64,000 bases of DNA from positions 5,238-69,237 of the forward strand of contig CAIOMK010000030.1 of the NCBI GenBank assembly GCA_903859375.1, in the 5' to 3' direction. The stretch is from Candidatus Moraniibacteriota bacterium (GTDB taxonomy: Bacteria > Patescibacteriota > Minisyncoccia > Moranbacterales > UBA1568). A program made the translations under genes and the position numbers. Below the pieces are notes generated by a model. It was not told the origin of the DNA. It worked only from the letters and a program-made list of their open reading frames with translations, and did no database searches. The number at the start of each line of letters is the position of its first letter. Positions within the stretch are counted from its first letter, which is position 1. This document shows, one piece after another, positions 18,616 through 28,248 of this stretch.

Positions 18616-20192
18616 AACGTTTCGGAAAATTCAGAAACATGCGCCAGATACGATCCGGCGATGCCGAGTAATGCCCAGAAAAATCCGAGAAGAATGCCGG
18701 AATTGAAGAGGTCGAATACGATTAGCCCACCGAATGCCGAAAGGAGAAACAACGGGAATGTCCCTTTGTGGCGGGAGAAATCACGAACCGCCCCGGTGAC
18801 GAGCATGCACAGGAATCCGATCCAACCGATAATGCCGAGAAGCCCGCTTCCAAGCCAAATTTCGAGAAACACATCACTGGCGTTGAGACCCGCTCCGCGT
18901 GCGTCGATTCCGAGAGCCCGTGTCACACTTCCCCAACCGATGCCGAGTACAGGGTGTTCCCGACCGAGTGATACGGATCGTTCATATATTTGTTTGCGTA
19001 TGGATATGTTCGGATCGTTACGATTGATTTCGGTGACGAATCGTCCCGTCGATTTTTCCGTATCGATTTCATCGAGATCGATGTGTCGACAACCGAGCGA
19101 TGCAAGGTCTTCCACTGTGGCGACATACGCCGGCAACGCTGTTTCCCGTTCACAAGAGACCGTTATGGTCTGTAGTCCGGAGCCGATACTCCCCGCACGG
19201 CCGAACAGGTCGAAGGTAGTCAGCGGGATGGCTACGACGAGACAGATGGCCATGATACTGCCGGCCACGATACTCGCGGTCATGGTACCTGCGACCTGTC
19301 GTCGTTTCACGGCAAGCGGGAGGGCGACGGCAATGAGTACCGTGACGACCGTACCGAGCCATGCACTCCGACTGACCGACAAGACAAGCGCGACCAGGTT
19401 CATGGACAAGATGAAGAAGAGAGCGAGCGACCGCTTCATTCGGAAAAGTTCGCGTACCGATTCCGTCCGTGTCGCGATCATATACCACGCCGATATGAGT
19501 ACCGCGATGGATACGATAAGGAACATACCGAGCCAGTCCGGCTCCGCGAAAAAAGCGTTCGGTCGTCCCGGCATCACCTCGAGCAACCCGTTTCCATATA
19601 TGAAATACAGGTTCTGACCTATGGCTGCGACGACGGAAAGAAATGAGGAGACGATAAAAAAAGGAAGGATTCGTCCGACATCTTCCGAAGAGCGGATATA
19701 GATACGGAACAACGCATACAGCGCATAGTACGTGAAAAGAATGACTGAAAGCCGGAGTGATGCTCCCGGAGCGGATGCGTTGACGACGGCGAAGAGAGAC
19801 CCGATCGGAATCAGGAGCAACAACGCGTCGACCAGATGTGGCTTTGGAATGGCAGGGAGCGACCGGCGCATCAGAAATCGGATACCGAGTCCGACAATTA
19901 TCGACATCATCAGGAATTGATACGGGCGGATCCCCGTTCCAAAGGACGACGGCGCAAGATTGACTGTCTCGAGTGGCAATACGGATACGAGCAGAAGGAA
20001 CACCCATCCCGGCCGATATGCCGCTGCGAGCGAGACGATCAGGAAGAAAAAGAGGAAATCGGAAATGCGAAGAGGAACATAGCCCGCATATGCAAGCAAC
20101 GGCAGTATGATCGAGAGTCCGCTTCCCACATACAAGAGCGTCTTCGCGATGGTCGACATCGCAATCTTCGGAAAAAGGGCGCGGATATGCAT
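18612..20192 (-). CDS. O-antigen ligase/polymerase-family (Wzy_C) membrane protein
   Basis: About 12 TM helices. SRSAWLG motif in a large periplasmic loop, typical of the WaaL/Wzy_C domain. Start trimmed to the ATG at 20190-20192 to avoid overlap with the upstream GT4. Confidence 0.6.
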   Translation of the reverse strand: MHIRALFPKIAMSTIAKTLLYVGSGLSIILPLLAYAGYVPLRISDFLFFFLIVSLAAAYRPGWVFLLLVSVLPLETVNLAPSSFGTGIRPYQFLMMSIIVGLGIRFLMRRSLPAIPKPHLVDALLLLIPIGSLFAVVNASAPGASLRLSVILFTYYALYALFRIYIRSSEDVGRILPFFIVSSFLSVVAAIGQNLYFIYGNGLLEVMPGRPNAFFAEPDWLGMFLIVSIAVLISAWYMIATRTESVRELFRMKRSLALFFILSMNLVALVLSVSRSAWLGTVVTVLIAVALPLAVKRRQVAGTMTASIVAGSIMAICLVVAIPLTTFDLFGRAGSIGSGLQTITVSCERETALPAYVATVEDLASLGCRHIDLDEIDTEKSTGRFVTEINRNDPNISIRKQIYERSVSLGREHPVLGIGWGSVTRALGIDARGAGLNASDVFLEIWLGSGLLGIIGWIGFLCMLVTGAVRDFSRHKGTFPLFLLSAFGGLIVFDLFNSGILLGFFWALLGIAGSYLAHVSEFSETL

Positions 20193-20217
20193 ATGACCGT
20201 TGAAAATGATGTCGTGA

Positions 20218-21414
20218 TTAAGAGGTGATCGATATGTGCTTCGCGGCATCCTCCTTCAAGAGGACATAGTCCGAGACGATTTCCGTGTAGAGAGTTTCGG
20301 CGAACGAGTCCCAGGAGAATGCCTTGATCCGTTCCTTCCCCCGTTCGACAAGTGTTTCACGGAAAGAGGCATCATCGATCAGCCGCTCCAATCCGACGGC
20401 GATTGCGGCTATATCTTTCGTTTCTACCAGGAGCGCGGCTCCGCCCGTTATTTCGGGTACCGAGCCTGCCGTCTGACCGGCAAGAACCGGTGTCCCGACG
20501 GCGAAAGCTTCGACTATCGGCAACCCGAATCCTTCGTATAGTGATGGAAAAGCGAAAAAGAGCGCGCCGCGATACAGTGCCGGCAGATTTTCCTCCGGAA
20601 CGAATCCAAGAAGCTTCACGCACTCCCCAAGCCCGAGTTTCTCGATGATGCCGGAGACATCGGTCGCCAGCCGGTTGTGTCTGTCATGCACCCGTCCCGA
20701 GATGACGAGAGTCGGGATATCTGTGCGATCACTTCGCAACATCGCATACGCTCGCAACAGACGCTCTGTGTTCTTGCGCACTTCGAGGCCTCCTCCGTGG
20801 TAGATATAACCGGTCGTCAACCCGTATTCGCTGTTCAGATACGTGGCTTCCTGCAAGGAAAGAGATTTTCTGAACAAAGGGGCGCAATCTGGATAGGCGA
20901 CCGCTATGTGAGCCTCGTCTATGCCAAGATTGAGTACGAGGTCGCGTTTCGTCGTTTCCGAAACCGCAAAAATCCGGTCTGCGGCGGCGATCGCACCCGT
21001 GATGAGGTTCGAGTGAATCTGATTCATGAGCGTCCCCCGATAGGTCGGGAACAGAATCGGTACGATATCATGCACGATCATGATATGCCGGATGCCGGAT
21101 TTCTTTGGGAAAACGGTCGCCGATTGGGATAGGCTCACGAATGCGTCACAGCCGTCCTCCGATGCCTTGGAAGAGAGCATCCGTTCCCAAAGAATCTTTC
21201 TCGGTACGTCGTCCCGGGTCCACTTCGGAAGAAATATGTGTTTCTCGAAATTCCCCGAAAACATCGCGGTGTCGGCGTATTCCTCAAGATACAGTATGAA
21301 TCGGTGCCGTGCGGAGTCCGGCATGCGCGACAAAGCACAGAGCGTCTGTTCCGTCACCACCCCGATTCCGGTCCCGGGTTTCCGCAGAAATGAGGCGTCT
21401 ATGCCTATGATCAT
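20218..21414 (-). CDS. GT4-family glycosyltransferase
   Basis: EGFGLPIVEAFAVGTPVLAG motif; GT-B layout. Confidence 0.75.
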   Translation of the reverse strand: MIIGIDASFLRKPGTGIGVVTEQTLCALSRMPDSARHRFILYLEEYADTAMFSGNFEKHIFLPKWTRDDVPRKILWERMLSSKASEDGCDAFVSLSQSATVFPKKSGIRHIMIVHDIVPILFPTYRGTLMNQIHSNLITGAIAAADRIFAVSETTKRDLVLNLGIDEAHIAVAYPDCAPLFRKSLSLQEATYLNSEYGLTTGYIYHGGGLEVRKNTERLLRAYAMLRSDRTDIPTLVISGRVHDRHNRLATDVSGIIEKLGLGECVKLLGFVPEENLPALYRGALFFAFPSLYEGFGLPIVEAFAVGTPVLAGQTAGSVPEITGGAALLVETKDIAAIAVGLERLIDDASFRETLVERGKERIKAFSWDSFAETLYTEIVSDYVLLKEDAAKHISITS

Positions 21415-21536
21415 ACACTCAGTATATCCCGAAAGGATGAAAAAGGAAATTCGAAAAGTAAAGGGAGAGAGGCACGACCACGCGAAATGGTTTGGTTATT
21501 TTCCCGGGCATGGAGGTACTATTATTCGCATGATGA

Positions 21537-21565
21537 TTGATTTATTCCCGCTTTTTCGTTACAAT
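21537..21565 (+). promoter_or_regulatory. sigma70-like promoter TTGATT-17-TACAAT upstream of the nucleotide-sugar dehydrogenase
   Basis: TTGATT at 21537-21542, 17-nt spacer, TACAAT at 21560-21565. The gene start at 21592 lies about 27 nt downstream. Confidence 0.35.
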
Positions 21566-21591
21566 GCGTTTGAATCTCATAACACTATCCT

Positions 21592-22896
21592 ATGGCTGAA
21601 ATAGCCGTCAATCATTCCGGGAAGGACAAATCGGTCTGCGTCATCGGCCTCGGGTACGTCGGATTACCGATCGCCATGCGTGCGGTAGAGCGTGGGTATA
21701 CCGTTTTCGGACTCGACCTCGACGAACGCAAAATCGCACTTATCAATGACGGCAAGTCCCCTATAGAGGACGCCGGGATTTCCGAGGAACTTCCGAGGTA
21801 TCCGTTTACCGCAACCACCGATCCCTCCATCATTTCCGAGGCGGACATCATCCTCATCTGCGTGCCGACGCCCGTCGACGATCTGCATATGCCAGATCTT
21901 GGTCCGGTCAAAGGCGCGACCGACTTCATCGCGAAGCATGCGAAAAAAGGCGCCTTGGTAGTCCTCGAATCGACAGTCAATCCGGGCGTATCCGAAGAGA
22001 TCGTCAAACCGATTCTCGAAAGCGCCGGTTTTGTCGTCGGTAAAGATATGTTTCTCGCCCATTGTCCCGAGCGCATCAATCCCGGTGACAAGAAATGGTC
22101 GGTCAAGAACATCCCCCGTGTCGTCGGTGCGACCGATTCCATCGGACTGGAACGGGCAGCCGCCTTTTATCGGAGCATCGTTGACGGTGAAATCCGCCCG
22201 ATGAAGTCCATCCGCGAGGCGGAAGCCGTCAAGATCGTCGAGAATTCTTTCCGCGATATCAATATCGCATTTGTGAACGAGCTTGCGAAGTCTTTCGACC
22301 AGCTCGGTATCGATGTAAAAGATGTCATCAGAGGAGCGGCCACCAAGCCGTTCGCATTCATGGCGCATTATCCTTCCTGCGGTGTCGGCGGTCACTGTAT
22401 CCCGGTAGACCCGTACTACCTTATCGAACGTGCCAAGTTGTCCGGATTCGATCACCGATTCCTCAAGATCGCACGCGAGATCAATAATTCGATGCCCGCA
22501 TATACCGTCGAACTCCTGCAAGACGCGCTCAATTCGATCAGTCTGCCGTTGCAGGGAACCAAAGTTGGCGTCCTGGGCCTTGCTTACAAGCCGAACGTCG
22601 ACGACATGCGCGAATCCCCCGCCGAAGACGTCATCTTGGCGCTCGAACAGCATAGTGCCGATGTCGCGACGTTCGACCCACATGTACTGCGACTTTCGAC
22701 GACGAAGACGCTCACCGAGATACTGGAGCGTTCCGATGCGCTCATCCTGACGACCGCCCACAAGGAATTCATTGAATCGATCACGCCGGAGCTGCTCAAA
22801 GAGCATGGGATACGCGTCTTGATCGATGGACAGAACGCCTTCGACCGTGAGGCGATCACCGCTGCGGGAATCATTTACAAGGGCATAGGCCGATAA
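21592..22896 (+). CDS. UDP-sugar dehydrogenase family (WbpA/WecC/Cap5O-like UDP-N-acetylhexosamine dehydrogenase)
   Basis: GLGYVGLP Rossmann motif. Catalytic-Cys motif CGVGGHCIPVDP. 434 aa. Confidence 0.8.
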   Translation: MAEIAVNHSGKDKSVCVIGLGYVGLPIAMRAVERGYTVFGLDLDERKIALINDGKSPIEDAGISEELPRYPFTATTDPSIISEADIILICVPTPVDDLHMPDLGPVKGATDFIAKHAKKGALVVLESTVNPGVSEEIVKPILESAGFVVGKDMFLAHCPERINPGDKKWSVKNIPRVVGATDSIGLERAAAFYRSIVDGEIRPMKSIREAEAVKIVENSFRDINIAFVNELAKSFDQLGIDVKDVIRGAATKPFAFMAHYPSCGVGGHCIPVDPYYLIERAKLSGFDHRFLKIAREINNSMPAYTVELLQDALNSISLPLQGTKVGVLGLAYKPNVDDMRESPAEDVILALEQHSADVATFDPHVLRLSTTKTLTEILERSDALILTTAHKEFIESITPELLKEHGIRVLIDGQNAFDREAITAAGIIYKGIGR

Positions 22897-22905
22897 CTAT
22901 ACGCT

Positions 22906-23142
22906 ATGTTTTCTTTGCTCCGTCTCACTATCTGGATAGCGGGCATCATCACGGTAGCGACATTCGCGTTGGGGTATTTCGGATTCGCAATCAATACCGG
23001 CTATTTTGTCGAGCAAAAAGACCAGTGTGCGACCATTATTTCCGAATGCCGTGATACGTTCATTCAGAAAGGAACGGAGGGTGTCATTTCGAAGTGTCAG
23101 TGGAACTGTATCGATCTGCGTATGCTGGTCAGAAAAAAATAA
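22906..23142 (+). CDS. possible small Cys-containing membrane protein
   Basis: 78 aa ORF filling the gap between two genes. One TM helix and 5 Cys. No family recognised. Confidence 0.25.
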   Translation: MFSLLRLTIWIAGIITVATFALGYFGFAINTGYFVEQKDQCATIISECRDTFIQKGTEGVISKCQWNCIDLRMLVRKK

Positions 23143-23166
23143 CTTGTCCCAATTTTACGAAACGCT

Positions 23167-24120
23167 ATGAAACTGATCGTGAACATCCCCGCTTTCAACG
23201 AGGAGGAAAAGATAGGTGAGACCATCCGTCGGATACCCCGTTCTTTCAAAGGTGTGGATGAGGTCGTCATACAGGTCGTCGATGACGGTTCGAAAGACGG
23301 CACGGGTAAAATGGCCACCGAAGCGGGCGTCACGCTTCTTCGCACGCATAGGACGAATCGAGGCATCGGCAAGACATTCCGTACCGCCGTCGAATTCGCG
23401 CTCGAGAACGGCGCGGATATCATGGTGAATATCGACGCCGACGGCCAGTTCGATCCGAACGATATCGACAAGCTTATCGCGCCTATTCTTGCCGGTGACG
23501 CGGATATCGTGAGTGCCGACCGTTTCGACCATCTCAAGGCCAAGAACATCCCGTTCCTCAAAGACGTACTGAACCGTCTCGCCTCAAAAATCATCGGTGG
23601 ATTCATGAACGCCCGGATCAAGGATCTTACCTGTGGGTTCCGTGCCTATGACCGCGAGTCGCTTCTCCGACTCAACCTCCCCGGCGCGTTCACCTATACG
23701 CAGGAAGTCATTATCGATGCACTCGGCAAAGACCTGAAAGTCCGATGGGTTCCTGTCGAAGTCACCTATTTCGAAGGACGGAAATCCAGAGTCGTCAAAA
23801 GCGTATACAAATACGTGAACAACAGCGCCAAGCTTATCTTGAAGGCGGTACGCGACGTGCGACCGGTCAAGTTTTTCGGTGCTCCGGGATTATTCCTGCT
23901 TTTGGTTGGCTTTATCGGCTTCCTCGGCTTCCTGATACAGTATATCGCCAGCGGATTCAAGATTTCGCCCTACCTCAACTACCTCATATTGGGGAGTATT
24001 TCCTTCATCATCGGTTCACAACTGCTCATCTTCGCGTTCATAGCCGATATGATCAAGTCGAACCGGAATCTGATCGAGGAGCAGACCTATGCGATAAAGA
24101 AAGAGCGTTATCGGAAGTAA
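23167..24120 (+). CDS. polyprenyl-phosphate glycosyltransferase (GT2; Dpm1/ArnC/GtrB-like) with C-terminal TM helices
   Basis: NIPAFNEE, QVVDDGSKDGT and IDADGQ (DxD) motifs. Two C-terminal TM helices typical of the bactoprenol-phosphate sugar synthase subfamily. Confidence 0.75.
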   Translation: MKLIVNIPAFNEEEKIGETIRRIPRSFKGVDEVVIQVVDDGSKDGTGKMATEAGVTLLRTHRTNRGIGKTFRTAVEFALENGADIMVNIDADGQFDPNDIDKLIAPILAGDADIVSADRFDHLKAKNIPFLKDVLNRLASKIIGGFMNARIKDLTCGFRAYDRESLLRLNLPGAFTYTQEVIIDALGKDLKVRWVPVEVTYFEGRKSRVVKSVYKYVNNSAKLILKAVRDVRPVKFFGAPGLFLLLVGFIGFLGFLIQYIASGFKISPYLNYLILGSISFIIGSQLLIFAFIADMIKSNRNLIEEQTYAIKKERYRK

Positions 24121-24121
24121 T

Positions 24122-25237
24122 ATGAGGATACTTTTGATTTCACGAGCCTTCCCACCCGTTATCGGAGGTATCGAAAACCACAACCGAGATCTGGCTCTCT
24201 GGCTCGCGAAAAAAACCGACTGCACGCTTATCGCGAACCATCGCGGAAAAAGTTTTCTCCCGTTGTTTCTTCCATACGCCTTTATCAAGGCATTGTTTCT
24301 GATGCGTACACACGATGTACTCCTTCTTGGTGACGGCGTCCTTGCCCCGCTTGCGGCAGCGGTATCCCTGATCTATCCGCACAGGAAAACCGCCTGCGTG
24401 GTACATGGGCTCGATATCGCGTTCGGTACGAAACAGGGATTCTTATCGCGCGTCTACAAATCCGTAAACCTCCCGTCATTGCGCCGTCTCGATCGCATCT
24501 TCGCCGTTTCCGAGCATACCAGTCACGTTGCAATCGATGCCGGAGTGGATCCCGAACGCATCACGATTATACAGAACGGGATCGATCCGTTGGAATTGGT
24601 CGTCCCTCGAGATCGGGCCGCCCTCGATACTCTGCTCGGTGTCGAAACCGCACACCAGTTCGTTATCGTACGCATCGGCCGATATGTGAAACACAAAGGT
24701 GTCGAGTGGTTCATCAGGAATGTGGTACCCAGACTTTCCGATGATGTCCTCTTCGTCGCCGCGGGCGGTGTCGTCGCCGGAAAGACCGCCGGTGATGACG
24801 ATTACTTCCCCGCGTGCGAACAGGCAGTCCGAGATCTCGCCCTCGAAGGGAAAGTGAAGCTCCTCACGAATCTTCCCCGCGCAGACATCCTGACGCTGCT
24901 CAATTCATCCGACCTTGCCGTCTCACCGAATATTCCCGTTCCCGGAACGATGGAAGGATTCGGGATCAACGTCATCGAAGCGAACAGTTGCGGACTCCCT
25001 GTCATCGCGTCCGATCTCGAAGGACTTTCCGAAGCGGTCCACGACGGTGAAAACGGACGACTCGTACGTCCTTCTGATGCCGATGCGTATGTCGAGGCCA
25101 TCCGTCTGTATTCGGATGATCGACGACAACTCAAAATCGACGGCGAAAAAGCGGCTGCGTTCGTTTCATCCCATTTCCTCTGGGACACGCTTTCCGATCG
25201 ATACAAAGATGTCCTCGAAGCGGAACTCACCCGTTAG
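24122..25237 (+). CDS. GT4-family glycosyltransferase
   Basis: MEGFGINVIEANSCGLPVIASD motif. Starts 2 nt after the upstream stop. Confidence 0.7.
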   Translation: MRILLISRAFPPVIGGIENHNRDLALWLAKKTDCTLIANHRGKSFLPLFLPYAFIKALFLMRTHDVLLLGDGVLAPLAAAVSLIYPHRKTACVVHGLDIAFGTKQGFLSRVYKSVNLPSLRRLDRIFAVSEHTSHVAIDAGVDPERITIIQNGIDPLELVVPRDRAALDTLLGVETAHQFVIVRIGRYVKHKGVEWFIRNVVPRLSDDVLFVAAGGVVAGKTAGDDDYFPACEQAVRDLALEGKVKLLTNLPRADILTLLNSSDLAVSPNIPVPGTMEGFGINVIEANSCGLPVIASDLEGLSEAVHDGENGRLVRPSDADAYVEAIRLYSDDRRQLKIDGEKAAAFVSSHFLWDTLSDRYKDVLEAELTR

Positions 25238-25285
25238 CATATCCGTTTTTTTGGATTTCTTCGTTTCGTCGGGTATACTGTCCAT

Positions 25286-27253
25286 ATGATATTCATTTCA
25301 TTTCTTTCAGTCACACTCGCCATTCTCTTTTCCGGATTTCTGCTTCTTCGTGGCATATTCGGTGCGCGTATGCCACTCTCGTCGCTCGAACGACTCGTGA
25401 TGTCGTTCACCCTCGGAATCGGTTCCCTTGATTTCTCGATGATCGCGCTCGGAAAAGCCGGTATTCTCCTTTCCGCGAGAAACATAAATATCGCCATCTT
25501 CGCGGTACCGCTCGTGGCTGTGCTCCTCCGTCTCGCCTATGACCGGTTTTTTCCTTCACAATGGAAGCCGGCGATACGGACCAACGCAAAACCGGACAAC
25601 GTCCGTTTTTCTCCGACCGAACGCAAACTGTTCCTGCTCCTTATCGGACTCACATTGTTTCTGAAAACTATTTTTCTCTTGGGTACGGGGTTGCCGACTG
25701 CTACAGACCTCGGTCATCATATGTATTGGTCCAAGGTCATTTCCGATACCGGACGTCTGCCTGATTATTCGAAGAGTGAGATCGTCGACACGACCGACGG
25801 GCACACAGCGCTTTCCGAACCGACGCCGATTTCCGATTTCATCATCGGGGAACACCTCCCCTTCGCCGCAATCGCGAAGATTTCCGGCGTCTCTTTCTTC
25901 TCAGCCTTTCCGGTCTCATTCCTGCTCCTCGTGAATATCTTCTCCATTATCGCGCTCTTCCTCCTGACGATCCGATTTGCCGCGCTGTTGTTTCCGAAAA
26001 CCGGAATCTCAGCCGTTTCAGTCGGGCTCGCCGTCCTGTTTTTCGCAGGCCCGTTATTCGCGCTCTCCTCACCGGAAGCGAAATTCGTTTCCGGTGGCGT
26101 CATCGGCAACCTGTTCGGCAATCTCATCATACCGCTCGCGATCCTCGCCTTTTTCCGCGCATTCGTCGAAGAAGATTCACGTTTCCTCGGACTCGGCATC
26201 CTTCTTACACTCGTACTTGCCTATACCCATCATCTGTCGACATTCGTTCTCGCTTTCATTCTCTTCGGTATAGCCCTTTCCCTCGTCGCAGTCTCGTTCC
26301 GGAACATTCCCGGACTGTTCGCCCGCATCGGGAAGCTGTTTCTTTCACCATATGTGATACTGACCATCCTGTTTGTCTGCGCATTCTTTTTCCTTGTCGC
26401 CAAGCCGACCTATATCGAGACACAGGCCCTCGGCACCGTCGTCGGGACCCCGTCGAAAACGACCCGGACCGGCTTGTCGTTCGCTCAGACGTCCGGTTCC
26501 GCTGGGACGGCACGAATGGCGATCGGCCTTGTGGCACTCCTTATCGCATCGTCGCTCCGTTCCGTCCGTCGATCTCCGGCATTTCCATTTCTCCTCGGGT
26601 GGTCTGGTGCCCTACTCATCATGGCGCTCCGACCGGGATGGGTATTCCTCAATATTCCATCGAACCGCATCGGCACCTATCTCTCCTTCCCTTTTTCTAT
26701 CCTTGCCGGTCTGTTCCTCGCTTCGTTCCCTATCCTATTCCGCAATCCTGCCAAACATCCGTCGGGCGTCTTTCTCCCCGGAAACATATTCCTGTTCGCC
26801 TCACTCGTCTTATTCTCCTTCTCGGCATGGGACGGGTCACAGGACAACCAATCCTCCCTTCCGAGCGCCGGAAAGGCACAGGAGGCGCTCGAAGTCTTTC
26901 ACGCGTCGCGGTATCTCGCCGATCGGTCCAAGCCGTCGGATCTCTTGCTCAAAGACCACAATTATCTTTCCGCCGACTCATGGATGAAACTGTTTTTCAT
27001 GCGCGATTATGCCTACCCGCTTTCCCGCGGATATTTCAAACGGTATGAGGATGAGACGAATCCCCGCGAACAGTGTACGCTTCGAATGATCTCGGTCCCG
27101 AACCTTGCCGATGGTCGCGCCTGTTTCGATGACCTGCATGTGAATCTTATCGCCGTCAATCCCGCATATGACTCCGCCCAGTTTGAGAAATCCCGTGACT
27201 TCTCCCGTATCTACGCAGGAACAACAATACAAATCTATGAGCGCAACCGCTAA
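25286..27253 (+). CDS. large polytopic membrane protein (about 14 TM), function unknown; possibly a GT-C-like transferase or polymerase
   Basis: 655 aa, hydrophobic throughout, with a roughly 150 aa soluble C-terminal domain. No diagnostic motif recognised. Confidence 0.55.
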   Translation: MIFISFLSVTLAILFSGFLLLRGIFGARMPLSSLERLVMSFTLGIGSLDFSMIALGKAGILLSARNINIAIFAVPLVAVLLRLAYDRFFPSQWKPAIRTNAKPDNVRFSPTERKLFLLLIGLTLFLKTIFLLGTGLPTATDLGHHMYWSKVISDTGRLPDYSKSEIVDTTDGHTALSEPTPISDFIIGEHLPFAAIAKISGVSFFSAFPVSFLLLVNIFSIIALFLLTIRFAALLFPKTGISAVSVGLAVLFFAGPLFALSSPEAKFVSGGVIGNLFGNLIIPLAILAFFRAFVEEDSRFLGLGILLTLVLAYTHHLSTFVLAFILFGIALSLVAVSFRNIPGLFARIGKLFLSPYVILTILFVCAFFFLVAKPTYIETQALGTVVGTPSKTTRTGLSFAQTSGSAGTARMAIGLVALLIASSLRSVRRSPAFPFLLGWSGALLIMALRPGWVFLNIPSNRIGTYLSFPFSILAGLFLASFPILFRNPAKHPSGVFLPGNIFLFASLVLFSFSAWDGSQDNQSSLPSAGKAQEALEVFHASRYLADRSKPSDLLLKDHNYLSADSWMKLFFMRDYAYPLSRGYFKRYEDETNPREQCTLRMISVPNLADGRACFDDLHVNLIAVNPAYDSAQFEKSRDFSRIYAGTTIQIYERNR

Positions 27254-27659
27254 GCATCCCGAAAAACCAGCTTCACCTCAGTTGAAGCCCAAGAAACGCA
27301 CTTCCGGAGAAGCGATATCCGTGTTTGTCGTCCTTGTGCTGTTCGTCGTCGCCTCAGGTGTCCTATTCTCGAATGTCGATCGGAACATCGACCCGAACAT
27401 CGACAAGAACTGGTGGACACTCGCATTCGAGTCACGGGAGACGGAGAATTCTGATTTCACCGTGGAAAATCATTCTTCGACCACACGATTCACCTATACC
27501 GTCACCCGGGACAACGCCGTACTGAAGACCGGCGTGATTTCGATTGCCAAAGGTGCGCTTCGGACCGTATACCCCGCACTTCCGGCCAGCCCCGGACGGA
27601 CGACTGTGTCGGTTGTCGGTGATGACGGCTCCAAGAAGGACATTTACCGGGAACGGTAA
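27237..27659 (+). CDS. hypothetical membrane-anchored protein
   Basis: Start at MSATAK overlaps the upstream stop by 17 nt. One TM helix (ISVFVVLVLFVVASGVLF) followed by a ~100 aa soluble domain. Confidence 0.35.
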   Translation: MSATAKHPEKPASPQLKPKKRTSGEAISVFVVLVLFVVASGVLFSNVDRNIDPNIDKNWWTLAFESRETENSDFTVENHSSTTRFTYTVTRDNAVLKTGVISIAKGALRTVYPALPASPGRTTVSVVGDDGSKKDIYRER

Positions 27660-27744
27660 AAAGTTGCAGACATCAACAACGAGAAAATATAACGAAAAAG
27701 CCTTTTAATGGGCTTTTTTCTGTATATATCCTGAAATACGAATA

Positions 27745-27773
27745 TTGACAATAATTTAATTATGATATATAAT
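27745..27773 (+). promoter_or_regulatory. consensus sigma70 promoter TTGACA-17-TATAAT
   Basis: TTGACA at 27745-27750 and TATAAT at 27768-27773 with a 17-nt spacer. Perfect match to both hexamers in a ~25% GC intergenic stretch. Confidence 0.5.
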
Positions 27774-27823
27774 ATATAGTCAATTTGAAATGTTATTTTA
27801 CAAAACAACCAAACGGAGCAACC

Positions 27824-28090
27824 GTGAAATACAATCCAATCGCGCTCATATCTATCCTGTTCGCATTCGGTTTGACCGGAGGTGACGCATTACTTATTCC
27901 GGTCGATGATCATTATTATCACCGGGAGCGTGTACTCATAGTCCCCGAACAGCAATGTTATCCTCCTCCTGTACGGGAACGGGTGATATTTGTCCCACCT
28001 TTTCGGTATGTTCCCGTGATGCCACGGCCGATGTCGTTCCCACGATACAACGACGGCCACAGGAGACATGGAAGATACGGCAGATACTGA
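27824..28090 (+). CDS. small secreted Tyr/Pro/Arg-rich protein
   Basis: GTG start at 27824 preceded by GGAG at 27815-27818; the ORF-track alternative is the ATG at 27785. Signal-peptide-like N-terminus (KYNPIALISILFAFGLTGGDA). Mature part rich in Y, P, R, H. Confidence 0.45.
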   Translation: MKYNPIALISILFAFGLTGGDALLIPVDDHYYHRERVLIVPEQQCYPPPVRERVIFVPPFRYVPVMPRPMSFPRYNDGHRRHGRYGRY

Positions 28091-28112
28091 TATCCGGATT
28101 CCATATATACGC

Positions 28113-28141
28113 CTTACTTTCGAGTAAGGCGTGTTTTTTTA
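28113..28141 (+). terminator. intrinsic terminator
   Basis: CGCCTTAC-TTTCGAG-TAAGGCG hairpin followed by TGTTTTTTT. Confidence 0.55.
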
Positions 28142-28248
28142 TCGTCGTCATACGGAGGCCGATATCCGAAACGCGTGTTTTCCAAATGGCTCAAAATACG
28201 GTATGATATAAGGTAGATATCGCCGGATAATACACATTATACCGATTT

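Noticed and set aside
18577-20007. 346-aa plus-strand and 285-aa minus-strand alternative-frame ORFs
   Set aside because: They overlap the Wzy-like gene, whose frame yields about 12 TM helices and the SRSAWLG motif. The alternatives are Arg/Ser/Pro-rich low-complexity.
21664-22806. 380-aa minus-strand ORF
   Set aside because: Lies entirely antisense within the UDP-sugar dehydrogenase gene, which has clear catalytic motifs. Its Arg/Asp-rich translation is typical of antisense ORFs.
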